Below, one piece after another: positions 16,931 to 26,000 of a DNA stretch of 64,000 nucleotides. The notes below the pieces were generated by a model. It saw only the letters and a program-made list of their open reading frames with translations. It had not been told where the DNA came from and searched no databases. Source of the stretch: an uncultured Bacteriovoracaceae bacterium (GTDB taxonomy: Bacteria; Bdellovibrionota; Bacteriovoracia; Bacteriovoracales; Bacteriovoracaceae); NCBI GenBank assembly GCA_950070535.1, contig CATMLK010000020.1, positions 461-64,460 of the forward strand. The letters are read 5' to 3'. Position numbers and translations under genes: made by a program. How positions within the stretch are numbered: position 1 is the first letter of the stretch; each line of letters begins with the position of its first letter.

Positions 16931-18603
16931 TCTACTCTCTTCACAGGTTTAGTCATTGCCACAGCTTCAGAAACATTCAAAGCATGGGCCCTAATTTTTC
17001 TTAGAGCGACAACCATATCAGAATAAGTCAAAGCTGAAAGTGGCTCATAGTCACCTTTAGAAACTCTTTCTAAGTGTCTATCCCTAATATCGTCGGCCCA
17101 AACTCGAAGCTCTTCAGACTTTTTAATAACCATGTCAGGATCCACTCTGTCAGCACTGTAAATACCTTCTGCACATAACTGAAAGAACTCCCAGACCTCT
17201 TCCATAAATTTGTTGTATTCATCAATCGTAGGGCCCGTTTGAGGATCATTTTTGAATCGAGCTTTGTAATTAACAATTCTTTCAAGATAATCAGCGATTG
17301 ACTCAAATTCGTCTGCAACCTTTATAATTGCTTGAGAGTGTCTCGACTGCTCTGCAGACATTGGTCTCTCCATAACTTTGCATAAAAACAAAGTAACTTC
17401 TTTTTGAATATTGTCTGTGATTCTTTCATAATCACGTGCCTTGGCAAGCTTCTTTGGATCCTTATCTTTCAAATACTCTTTAGAGACACTGTACATTCTC
17501 TCAAGGATATCTTTCATTTTTCTTACTTCAGTGTCCGCTTGAATAATCGCAGTAGCTGGAAGAATGTCACTAGACTCGCCAATTAGAACTAACTTAGGAG
17601 TCTCTTTAACCGCTTTGTCTGGTGTAATTCTCTTAACTAGGTTTGCCAAGTGGCCTAAGAATGGAAGGAATGCAAGACTTGCCCCAACATTAAATATTGT
17701 GTGGGACGCAGCAATGTGAGCCGCGATCTGAGGCTTAGACCCATCTTCAGCAACAGTGTCGGCCAATCCAGGGATAAGCCATTCAATAAATTCAACATAT
17801 ATCGGGAAGATAGACATCATAAGAACAACGCCCAAAGTGTTAAAAATGGCGTGTGCTCTCGCTGCCCTTTTTGCGTTAACACTTGCCCCAACTGATGCAA
17901 GTAGCGCAGTTATAGTAGTACCTATGTTTTCGCCCATTACCAAAGCTGCAGCAGTTGGAAAGCTGATGACACCAGAAGTTGCCAAGGCCATGGTAATTCC
18001 AAGCATTGCAGAGGATGATTGAATAATCATAGTTAAAAGACAGCCTGTTACAACTGAAGCGATATAGCTTGGGTAGTCTTGGCCAGAGAAATAACTAATC
18101 ATATTTAGGAAATCTGGATCATTTCGAAGTGGTTTAAAGGCTCCACTCATAAACTCTAGACCGGTAAACACCATCCCCACCCCAAATAACGCCTTCCCGG
18201 CACTTTGGAACTTAGGGTTTTTAGAAAAAAGTGCTGGAAAAATACCAAGACCAATTAGCAGAAGTCCGTATTTTCCAATTTTTATTGAGATAATCCAGCC
18301 AGTAACAGTTGTACCAATATTTGAGCCAAATATGACACCTATTGCCTGCGTTAACTGCATAAGTCCGGCATTAACAAACCCAACGACCATTACAGTAGTC
18401 ACTGAGGAGCTTTGCACAATCATTGTTACTATCATCCCGACGACCACCGCGAGGTAGCGATTGGTGGTCAGGGAGTTTATAACCTTGGTGATCACATCAC
18501 TTGCCGCTTGCTGAAGCGCGTCTGACATGGTTCTCATTCCGTAGAAAAAGATCCCAAGTCCACCGAGTAAAGTGTAAATTATTTGAAATGTACTCATAGA
18601 CAT
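16927..18603 (-). CDS. Na+/phosphate cotransporter family protein with C-terminal PhoU-like domain
   Basis: Duplicated QSSSxT motifs (VQSSSVTTVM, IQSSSAMLGI), GSNIGTT / GENIGTT, and a cytoplasmic helical PhoU-like tail. Confidence 0.85.
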   Translation of the reverse strand: MSMSTFQIIYTLLGGLGIFFYGMRTMSDALQQAASDVITKVINSLTTNRYLAVVVGMIVTMIVQSSSVTTVMVVGFVNAGLMQLTQAIGVIFGSNIGTTVTGWIISIKIGKYGLLLIGLGIFPALFSKNPKFQSAGKALFGVGMVFTGLEFMSGAFKPLRNDPDFLNMISYFSGQDYPSYIASVVTGCLLTMIIQSSSAMLGITMALATSGVISFPTAAALVMGENIGTTITALLASVGASVNAKRAARAHAIFNTLGVVLMMSIFPIYVEFIEWLIPGLADTVAEDGSKPQIAAHIAASHTIFNVGASLAFLPFLGHLANLVKRITPDKAVKETPKLVLIGESSDILPATAIIQADTEVRKMKDILERMYSVSKEYLKDKDPKKLAKARDYERITDNIQKEVTLFLCKVMERPMSAEQSRHSQAIIKVADEFESIADYLERIVNYKARFKNDPQTGPTIDEYNKFMEEVWEFFQLCAEGIYSADRVDPDMVIKKSEELRVWADDIRDRHLERVSKGDYEPLSALTYSDMVVALRKIRAHALNVSEAVAMTKPVKRVE

Positions 18604-18789
18604 CCTTGCTTGACTGTTTTACATAAGTTTGGCGCAATATTAACCGAAACTTAGGATTATGTGAAACGCAGAATGCGCATATGGAAAAAATACCACTTCG
18701 CACAAAAACTGATGTAGATCAGCAATATTGTGGGGTTTTTTCTACATTTTTGTGACAAAGTCTTAAGTAAATTAAGTAGTATAATCGGC

Positions 18790-19722
18790 ATGTTGAACAA
18801 TCTAATACTAAACAATTTCCCTAGTGGCTGGGACACCTCAGATCTAGAGTCCAACGGCAACTTCATTATGAAGACTTGCCAGAGAACTTTGGTGCTTTCT
18901 TACGACCACAACCCGTGCAACGGACAGGGTGAATCAGAAAGACTTCACCTATCAGGTCAAGACGCATACTCATACCTTCTAGAGGTAATTTGTGGGTTAA
19001 AGAGCCAGCTGGTGGGAGAAAATGAAATTGTTGGCCAGTTTAAGACTGCATACAAGGCGTACACGGCCTTAGACGATATAAATACCAACCTTTTATTGAT
19101 AATTGAAAAGCTCTTTAGAGATGCTAAGACGATTAGGTCTAAATACCTACTAGGACTTAGCCAAAAGACTTACGCTTCCATTGCCAGAAAGCAAATTGTT
19201 CGCCAGAGGGACGCCCAGGAAGTTCTTATTTTGGGGTCTGGACAACTTGCAGAGGACTTAATCAATCAATTCAAAAAGAAGGCCAAAGTTTTTGTTTGTG
19301 CCAGAAATAATGAAAGAGTTCAAGAGCTCGCAAAAGAGCATGGCATAGAGTCCATTGATTGGATAAATCTTGATCAAGTTAGCGAGTTTGCCTTTATTGT
19401 TAATTCTATTGGATTTGATGGAACTCTTTTTGACAATGACTTCTTTGAAGCATGGACTCAAAAGTTTGAAAGCAAACTCTTTATAGATCTTGGCTCCCCT
19501 TCTATTCTTGAAACAGAATTTGGGATGGATGAAGGAGTAATGCACTTGCAGGACATCTTTAAAGAAGGTGCTATTCATGAATCCCGAAAAAAGCAGCAGA
19601 TCAAAAAAGCAAGAGTTGCGATGGAAGGGATAGCGGCAAGACGTCATAAACTTCTTGAAACTAAGTTACAAACTAAAATTCTAAATACTCCGACAAATAA
19701 AACTAAGATCGCTTATGTCTAA
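18790..19722 (+). CDS. hemA: glutamyl-tRNA reductase (short form)
   Basis: Catalytic Cys context MKTCQRTLVL, GENEIVGQFKTAY, and NADPH-binding VLILGSGQLAEDL. ATG 18790 is preferred over the GTG 18730 of the ORF track. About 310 aa. Confidence 0.8.
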   Translation: MLNNLILNNFPSGWDTSDLESNGNFIMKTCQRTLVLSYDHNPCNGQGESERLHLSGQDAYSYLLEVICGLKSQLVGENEIVGQFKTAYKAYTALDDINTNLLLIIEKLFRDAKTIRSKYLLGLSQKTYASIARKQIVRQRDAQEVLILGSGQLAEDLINQFKKKAKVFVCARNNERVQELAKEHGIESIDWINLDQVSEFAFIVNSIGFDGTLFDNDFFEAWTQKFESKLFIDLGSPSILETEFGMDEGVMHLQDIFKEGAIHESRKKQQIKKARVAMEGIAARRHKLLETKLQTKILNTPTNKTKIAYV

Positions 19723-21223
19723 TTCAAAATACCTTATTGGTACTCGTGGCAGCCTATTGGCTGTCACTCAATGTACGCTATTAAAAGATGAAATTGAAAG
19801 TAAAACCAACGCTTCATTTGATCTAAGAAAGATTAAAACAGAGGGAGACCAAAAAACAGAAAAGCCTCTCTGGCAACTTGATGGGAAGGACTTCTTCACA
19901 AAAGAGCTCGATGCAGCCCTTTTAAAAGATGAAGTCGATCTTGTCGTTCACTCCTACAAGGATCTGGGCTCAGAAAGACCTGAAGGATTAAAACTTGCGG
20001 CCGTCGGAAAAAGACGCTTTGCCCATGATATTTTATTAATTAAGAAAGAAACAATTTCAAAAATTAAAGATATGTGTGATTTTATTGTGGGAACTAGCTC
20101 CCCCAGAAGAATCACAAATATTGAACACTCGTTGAAAAACTACCTGCCACTAGCAAGCGACAATTTAAAGGTTTCGTGCAAAATGCTCAGAGGCAACGTA
20201 AACACCAGAATTCAGAAACTGGCTGATGGTGACTATGATGCCATCGTATTGGCATTGGCAGGGCTTGAAAGACTTGCCAACAAGGAGGATTCTGCACAGA
20301 TTCTTGAAGGCCTACTAAAAGATTTAACTTTTCTTGTCTTGCCTCAAAAGACTTTTCCTTCTTCAGCATCCCAGGGAGCACTGGCCGTTGAGGTTCATGA
20401 CAAATCACCTAAACTTAATGAAATTCAAAGTGTTTTAAACTCAATTCACTGTGATGAGACTGTTCAGGCCGTTCAAAGAGAAAGAAAAGCGTTTGTAGGC
20501 TACGGTGGAGGGTGTCATCTAGCAGTGGGAATTCATGTCAAAAAGCATAAAGACCTTTTTATTCATGTACACAGAGGCGAGCACCGAGATAAGAGAATTG
20601 ATAAACTTGAAATAGAAGGGCATCCCCTCAATGAGGTGAAAGGAAAAAAAGCATTTTTTGTGCTTGGTAGCTTAGACAAGCTTGTAAAACAAGAACCCAT
20701 CAAAGCCAACATTCCCGAAGGCCACAACCTTTTTGTAACTTCTCAGTATTGCATCGACAGTTTAAACGATGTTACCTTTGCTTCATTGTGGGCGAGCGGG
20801 TCAAGAACACACCAAAAACTTGCAAAGAAAGGTCACTGGGTAAATGGAAGTGCCGACGGTTTTGGACATGAGGAAGTTGGCGAACTAAAAGAGTCCAAAG
20901 CTGTTCAAATGATGCTTCCTTCGCAACAATGGGCCGTATTATCTCACACAGAGGCTATAAGCAGTGTAGGCAAAGTTATTGGGTGTTACCAGAGAAGCGT
21001 AAGTGAAGATGTTGACATGGATCTTTCTGACGTGGAAGTTTTTTACTGGGGAAGCTACTTTCAATACTGTGAGTACCTCAAAAGATTTCCTCAAATTGAG
21101 AGTAAGCTACACGCTTGCGGCCTGGGCAAGACTTACGATAGCTTCAAGGCCAATGGCATTAAGGTTTTGCCTGTTGCCGACATGAAGTCCTTCAAAGAGT
21201 TAGTAGAAACAAAGGAAATATAG
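19715..21223 (+). CDS. hemC: bifunctional hydroxymethylbilane synthase / uroporphyrinogen-III synthase fusion
   Basis: N-terminal HemC blocks IGTRGSLLAVTQ, VHSYKDL and cofactor Cys GGGCHLAVG. An extra C-terminal region of about 200 aa has a HemD-like pattern (ACGLGKTYDSFKANGIKV). The HemD part is less certain. Confidence 0.8.
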   Translation: MSNSKYLIGTRGSLLAVTQCTLLKDEIESKTNASFDLRKIKTEGDQKTEKPLWQLDGKDFFTKELDAALLKDEVDLVVHSYKDLGSERPEGLKLAAVGKRRFAHDILLIKKETISKIKDMCDFIVGTSSPRRITNIEHSLKNYLPLASDNLKVSCKMLRGNVNTRIQKLADGDYDAIVLALAGLERLANKEDSAQILEGLLKDLTFLVLPQKTFPSSASQGALAVEVHDKSPKLNEIQSVLNSIHCDETVQAVQRERKAFVGYGGGCHLAVGIHVKKHKDLFIHVHRGEHRDKRIDKLEIEGHPLNEVKGKKAFFVLGSLDKLVKQEPIKANIPEGHNLFVTSQYCIDSLNDVTFASLWASGSRTHQKLAKKGHWVNGSADGFGHEEVGELKESKAVQMMLPSQQWAVLSHTEAISSVGKVIGCYQRSVSEDVDMDLSDVEVFYWGSYFQYCEYLKRFPQIESKLHACGLGKTYDSFKANGIKVLPVADMKSFKELVETKEI

Positions 21224-22477
21224 ATGAATTCCGATCAATTATTTGAAAAAGCAAATGCATACACTCCTGGCGGAGTTCACTCTCCAGTAAGAAGCTTCAA
21301 AGGGCTGCACACCACTCCCCGCTTTATGAAAAAAGCAAACGGAGCTTTTATTACTGATGAAGAAGACAATGAATACATTGATTTTTGTATGAGTTTTGGT
21401 CCATTGATTCTTGGGCACAAGAATCCAGAAGTTCTCTCTAAAGCAAGAGGTGCTTTAGAGAATGGCTGGAGCTTTGGAGCTGCTGAAAAGTACTCCCTGG
21501 AACTAGCACAATATATCGTGGATAGAATTGATCACATCGACAAGATAAGATTTATGAACTCCGGAACGGAAGCAGTGATGACTGCCATCCGTCTTGCTCG
21601 AGGTTATACAGGTAAAAATAAGATTTTAAAATTCAATGGCTGCTACCACGGGCACATGGATCAAATGCTCATTAAAGCGGGATCTGGCCTAGCTGGCGAA
21701 GCCGAAGCTTCCTCTAAAGGTGTAACCCCTTCAACGGCTGAGGACACACTTGTTTGCGAACTAGGCAACCTAGAAGAGGCAAGAAAGATCTTTGAATCAC
21801 ACTCAGATATTGCCGCTGTTTTTATAGAGCCTCTTCCAGCAAATAATGGACTTCTACCTCAAAGCTTGGAATACCTTCAGGGACTAAGACAACTCTGCGA
21901 CGAGTTTGACGCTCTATTAGTATTTGATGAAGTTATCTCTGGATTTAGAACCTCTTTTGGCGGAATGGCACAAGATACGGGAATAACCCCAGATATCGTG
22001 ACATATGGAAAAGTCATTGGTGGCGGCTTTCCAGTGGGCGCTGTTGCAGGAAAGCAAAAGATTATGGATCTCCTTGCACCGGTTGGCGGCGTTTATCAAG
22101 CAGGCACACTGAGTGCAAACCCAGTTGCAATGGTTGCGGGTCTTGCAACTCTAAAGCAATTAGACGAAAAGTTTTATGAAAAACTTGCAAAAAACTCTGA
22201 GGCGGTAGTTAATATATTTAGCGAGTGGCTTTCACAGTCAGATTTTAACGACTACCAAATAGTTCAGAGAGGTTCTCTTTTCTGGCTCGTTCCAGGAGAA
22301 GCGCCTAAAGATGCTTCTGAGATACCAGCCAACCTTCTTGATAGATTCAAGAGTCTTTTTGAAGTTCTTCTAAACAAAGGAATCTACTTGTCTCCAAATG
22401 GCTATGAAATAGGATTTGTTAGTGCGGCACATGACGAGTCTGTTCAGGAAGAGCTTAAGAAAAGGTTATGGAGTTAG
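21224..22477 (+). CDS. hemL: glutamate-1-semialdehyde 2,1-aminomutase
   Basis: YTPGGVHSPVRSF, NSGTEA, and PLP-Lys context TYGKVIGGGFPVGA. Confidence 0.95.
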   Translation: MNSDQLFEKANAYTPGGVHSPVRSFKGLHTTPRFMKKANGAFITDEEDNEYIDFCMSFGPLILGHKNPEVLSKARGALENGWSFGAAEKYSLELAQYIVDRIDHIDKIRFMNSGTEAVMTAIRLARGYTGKNKILKFNGCYHGHMDQMLIKAGSGLAGEAEASSKGVTPSTAEDTLVCELGNLEEARKIFESHSDIAAVFIEPLPANNGLLPQSLEYLQGLRQLCDEFDALLVFDEVISGFRTSFGGMAQDTGITPDIVTYGKVIGGGFPVGAVAGKQKIMDLLAPVGGVYQAGTLSANPVAMVAGLATLKQLDEKFYEKLAKNSEAVVNIFSEWLSQSDFNDYQIVQRGSLFWLVPGEAPKDASEIPANLLDRFKSLFEVLLNKGIYLSPNGYEIGFVSAAHDESVQEELKKRLWS

Positions 22478-23388
22478 GAAAGACTAAAAATTGGTTTTAT
22501 GTACTGCTGGGACTGGCGGTACTTTTCATATTTATTCTCGGCGCTTGGTGGCTGTTTCTAGTTTTTAAACTATCAAGCGCTCTACAAGGAATCGACTCCT
22601 CTGTTCTTCCAGCTAATTTGGCATTAATGGTACGCTGGGAAGGACTTAGCTTCTTTTTATTAACACTGATCGTAGGGATCGCTATTGGCTGGGTATTCTG
22701 GCAAGATCATAAAAAAACAAGATCACTGCAAACATTTTACTCCACCCTAACCCACGAATTAAAAACTCCCCTGGCAAGCATGAGATTGCAGGCCCAAGTC
22801 CTATCTGAAACAATGAAGGGACTCAACATTGATCCAAAAGAGAAAGAAAAGGTTGAACGCTACGGGAAACGTCTGGAAGAGGACGTTGTCCGTTTGGAGG
22901 GAGAGCTCGACAAACACCTTCAGCTCTCAAGAACCCTTCGAGGAGGAAACCTTGCCCACTCTCCAGTATCTTTAGTGCCACTTATTCTTAGTGAGGCCAA
23001 GAAGCACCAAAGTATTGAGTTGAATCTTGAAAAGGCGATCTCGAATCCTGTTGTAATTGGAGACCAAACCGCATTAAACATAATTTTCAAGAACTTGTTT
23101 GAAAACACAGCTCGTCACAATAAATCTCAACAAAAACAGGTCACAATATCAATCAAAGGTGAAAATGGAAAAGTTCGAGTCATTTATGATGACCATGGAG
23201 AAAAGTTTTGTGGAAACCTTGATAGGCTGGGTAAACTCTTCTACAAGCACGACTCCCCCAAAGGATCAGGAATAGGACTCTATTTAGTAAAGAAGCTCGT
23301 CCAGAGACAGGGTGGTCAGTTCGTGGTAAGTAACGAAGCAAGACTGCTTTTTGAGCTTAAATTTAAAAGAGGCGAAGAACTTGAATAG
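22468..23388 (+). CDS. sensor histidine kinase (two TM segments, minimal extracytoplasmic loop)
   Basis: H-box STLTHELKTPLASM, N-box FKNLFENTARH, G-box GSGIGLYLVKKLV. Two N-terminal TM helices about 25 aa apart. No PAS or HAMP recognised. Confidence 0.85.
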   Translation: MELGKTKNWFYVLLGLAVLFIFILGAWWLFLVFKLSSALQGIDSSVLPANLALMVRWEGLSFFLLTLIVGIAIGWVFWQDHKKTRSLQTFYSTLTHELKTPLASMRLQAQVLSETMKGLNIDPKEKEKVERYGKRLEEDVVRLEGELDKHLQLSRTLRGGNLAHSPVSLVPLILSEAKKHQSIELNLEKAISNPVVIGDQTALNIIFKNLFENTARHNKSQQKQVTISIKGENGKVRVIYDDHGEKFCGNLDRLGKLFYKHDSPKGSGIGLYLVKKLVQRQGGQFVVSNEARLLFELKFKRGEELE

Positions 23389-24103
23389 CTTTAAAAATAT
23401 CCAGCTATTGATTGTCGAAGATGAGCCCAATCTTGCAGACACCCTATCTGAGTACTTAGAGTCAAAAGACTTTAGTGTATGCCTCGCAAGAAACGCTCAG
23501 CAGGCCAGATCGGCATTTGATGCCAAAGGGTTTCACCCGCAAGTAGTCTTAATGGATATTGGCCTACCCGACGGTGATGGACTTGAATTGGCGCGAGAAT
23601 TCCGCTTTAAAAGAAAAGATTTTGTCTTATTGTTTTTATCGGCACAAAATGATCCCGAGACCAAGTACGAAGGGCTTCAAATGGGAGCTGAAGACTATAT
23701 CACCAAACCTTTTGACCTCAGAGAGCTCACTCTCAGACTTGATAGAATCTTGTCAAACAGGGCCGACCTGGACACTTTATCCGAAGAGATATCTCTGGGT
23801 GATCTCAAAATTTGGTTTAAAAGATTTGAGCTTTTAGACGGTGATAAAAATATCGTCTCCCTTGGGCAGAAAGAACAGGCAATTTTGAAACTTCTCTATC
23901 AAAATGCCAACCAAGTTGTATCTAGAGACACAATAATTGACGAGATTTGGGGAGAGAATAGCTTCCCTTCCAACCGGACAGTTGACAACTATATTGTAAA
24001 ACTAAGAAAGTGGCTTGAAAGCTCTAAAGAAGATGCCGCAAAGATTTCAAGCGTTAGAGGCATTGGATATAAATTTGAAATAAAAGGTCCAGAAAATGAA
24101 TGA
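23381..24103 (+). CDS. OmpR/PhoB-family response regulator
   Basis: Receiver IQLLIVEDEPNL, VVLMDIGLPDGDG, YITKPF. Winged-helix C-terminus NRTVDNYIVKLRKWL...VRGIGYKF. TTG 23381 is preceded by AGAGG; an alternative upstream TTG lies at 23351. Confidence 0.85.
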   Translation: MNSFKNIQLLIVEDEPNLADTLSEYLESKDFSVCLARNAQQARSAFDAKGFHPQVVLMDIGLPDGDGLELAREFRFKRKDFVLLFLSAQNDPETKYEGLQMGAEDYITKPFDLRELTLRLDRILSNRADLDTLSEEISLGDLKIWFKRFELLDGDKNIVSLGQKEQAILKLLYQNANQVVSRDTIIDEIWGENSFPSNRTVDNYIVKLRKWLESSKEDAAKISSVRGIGYKFEIKGPENE

Positions 24104-25136
24104 CATTTTTGAAAACAGAAAACAACTTAATGGAAAAACACAAGTCCCCGTATGGTTTATGAGACAGGCCGGAAGATATCACGACCATTATCAAAATCTT
24201 AAAAAGTCACACGACTTCATGCAATTGTGCAAAACACCTGAGTTGGCATGCGAAACGACAATGGGACCGATTAGAGAGTTTGACTTTGATGCGGCCATTC
24301 TATTTTCTGACCTACTATTCCCTCTTGAGCAACTTGGCACGGGACTAGTTTATGACCCAGGTCCAAAACTTAGCCTAAAGATTTCCAACATGGATGACCT
24401 TAAGAGGTTAAGACAAGACGGTTTCAGCAAAGACTATTATAAGTTCCAAAAGGATGCATGTACGCTTCTAAAAAAAGAGCTACCACAAGACAAAACACTG
24501 CTAGGATTCGTCGGTGCCCCTTTCACACTATATGCTTACGCAGTTGAGGGTGCCCATGCTGGAAGCCTTGTCTCCTCAAAAACAGGTCTTTATGATGGGA
24601 GATTTGAGAGCTTTTGCGAACTTCTTCTTCCAAATGTTTTGGACGAGATGAAAATGCAAGCTGAAGGTGGTGCCGATGCCATGTGCATATTCGACACGGC
24701 GGTTGGCGAGCTAACAGTAAAAGACTTTACCCGAATTGTTCTTCCAAAAATAAAGTTTCTAACCTCTGAGTTTAAGAAGCAATTTCCAAACAAAAAGATT
24801 ATCTACTACTCAAGAAACACACATAAAGAGCACTTGAGGGCTATTCAGGATGACAATATAGATGTCATCGGGGTCGACTGGAGACACAACCTTGGCGAGG
24901 TTATAAACGAATTTGGAAAGGATTATTACATCCAAGGAAACTTTGATCCATGTTGGCTTCACCTGCCTTGGGAGAAGTGTCAAAAGCTCCTTGAAGAAAA
25001 CCTCGAGGAAGTCAAAAGAAGCAATGCCGATATGGGAAGATGGATAATGGGCCTAGGCCACGGAGTTCTTCAACACACTCCACAAGAAAACGTTAAGAAT
25101 GCTGTTGAGTTCATCCACAAAAACTACATTTATTAG
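24096..25136 (+). CDS. hemE: uroporphyrinogen decarboxylase
   Basis: PVWFMRQAGRY signature. ATG overlaps the response regulator stop (ATGAATGA). Confidence 0.95.
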   Translation: MNDIFENRKQLNGKTQVPVWFMRQAGRYHDHYQNLKKSHDFMQLCKTPELACETTMGPIREFDFDAAILFSDLLFPLEQLGTGLVYDPGPKLSLKISNMDDLKRLRQDGFSKDYYKFQKDACTLLKKELPQDKTLLGFVGAPFTLYAYAVEGAHAGSLVSSKTGLYDGRFESFCELLLPNVLDEMKMQAEGGADAMCIFDTAVGELTVKDFTRIVLPKIKFLTSEFKKQFPNKKIIYYSRNTHKEHLRAIQDDNIDVIGVDWRHNLGEVINEFGKDYYIQGNFDPCWLHLPWEKCQKLLEENLEEVKRSNADMGRWIMGLGHGVLQHTPQENVKNAVEFIHKNYIY

Positions 25137-25143
25137 TAAAAAT

Positions 25144-25163
25144 GGGGCCTCAACGCAGGCCCC
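25144..25163 (+). terminator. GC-rich hairpin after hemE (end of heme operon)
   Basis: GGGGCCT caacgc AGGCCCC, 8 nt after the hemE stop. Weak T-tract. Confidence 0.4.
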
Positions 25164-25340
25164 CAAATGTCTTTAAAAAATTCCAAAATTCATAAACATT
25201 GAAACCACAAAGTTCCTAAATGCCTGTTTATTAAGCCATTCTTAACATTCTCACATTATATAGAGAAAAAAATTCTAAATTAAATCTAAAGACAGATTTT
25301 GTTATTGTGATAGCGTATTTTTTTGTTCTAGTATTTAATC

Positions 25341-26000
25341 ATGATGAAAAGAATAATTTATACACTTAATGCAGGCGCCTTCAATCTTGACCCATTATTC
25401 AATGGTACAGATTGGGAAAGAATCAACATTGATACTATTAGTCAGATCGACTATCAGTTCACCAAAGAGAACACATGTGTGCTTCTTGTTTGTGGAACGG
25501 ATGGACAAAAGTTAAAGGAGATGTTCTCAACTTTTGAACTCACTACCTGCAACTTGCCCACGGCCTTTCTGTTAGGGCATGAAAATCAAGAGATAATTAA
25601 CTTATGTTATAACTTTGATTTCAGTAATATCTTCATCAACACAGTCGACCACCTTCTTCTTAAAACTCATTTAAAATATACTTTTTCAAATTATGAGATG
25701 GTGGTAAGAAACAATGGCCAAAAATGGCTTAAGCACATTGATCCAAATAACTTCACTAAGAAAGAGTTCCAAATTATTGAGTACATAGCACAAGCGCCTC
25801 TTACAGAGCTTTCCAGAGAAGACCTTCAAAGTTTTATATGGGGACAAGGCAAGAAGACAACAAATAAGCTTGATGTGCATATTTGTAATCTTCGAAAAAA
25901 GCTCACCGACCAGAGTGTGATTATTCAAACAAATGAGCGCGGAAAGGTTAGTTTAGGGATCTCAAGGGATTCATATCTAAACAAAAAAGTCGGGGCTTAA
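25341..26000 (+). CDS. atypical OmpR-type winged-helix DNA-binding protein with degenerate (pseudo-)receiver N-terminus
   Basis: C-terminus FTKKEFQIIEYIAQAP...KLDVHICNLRKKL...GKVSLG matches the Trans_reg_C pattern. The N-terminal 125 aa lack the acidic pocket and phospho-Asp (VLLVCGTDG). Confidence 0.65.
   Translation: MMKRIIYTLNAGAFNLDPLFNGTDWERINIDTISQIDYQFTKENTCVLLVCGTDGQKLKEMFSTFELTTCNLPTAFLLGHENQEIINLCYNFDFSNIFINTVDHLLLKTHLKYTFSNYEMVVRNNGQKWLKHIDPNNFTKKEFQIIEYIAQAPLTELSREDLQSFIWGQGKKTTNKLDVHICNLRKKLTDQSVIIQTNERGKVSLGISRDSYLNKKVGA

Noticed and set aside
18497-18866. ORFs of 68-69 aa on the minus strand in the nptA/hemA divergent region, plus the GTG 18730 extension of hemA
   Set aside because: There is no SD, and the composition is Cys/Phe-rich and non-protein-like. 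The region is better explained as a divergent promoter spacer, and HemA homology starts at ATG 18790.
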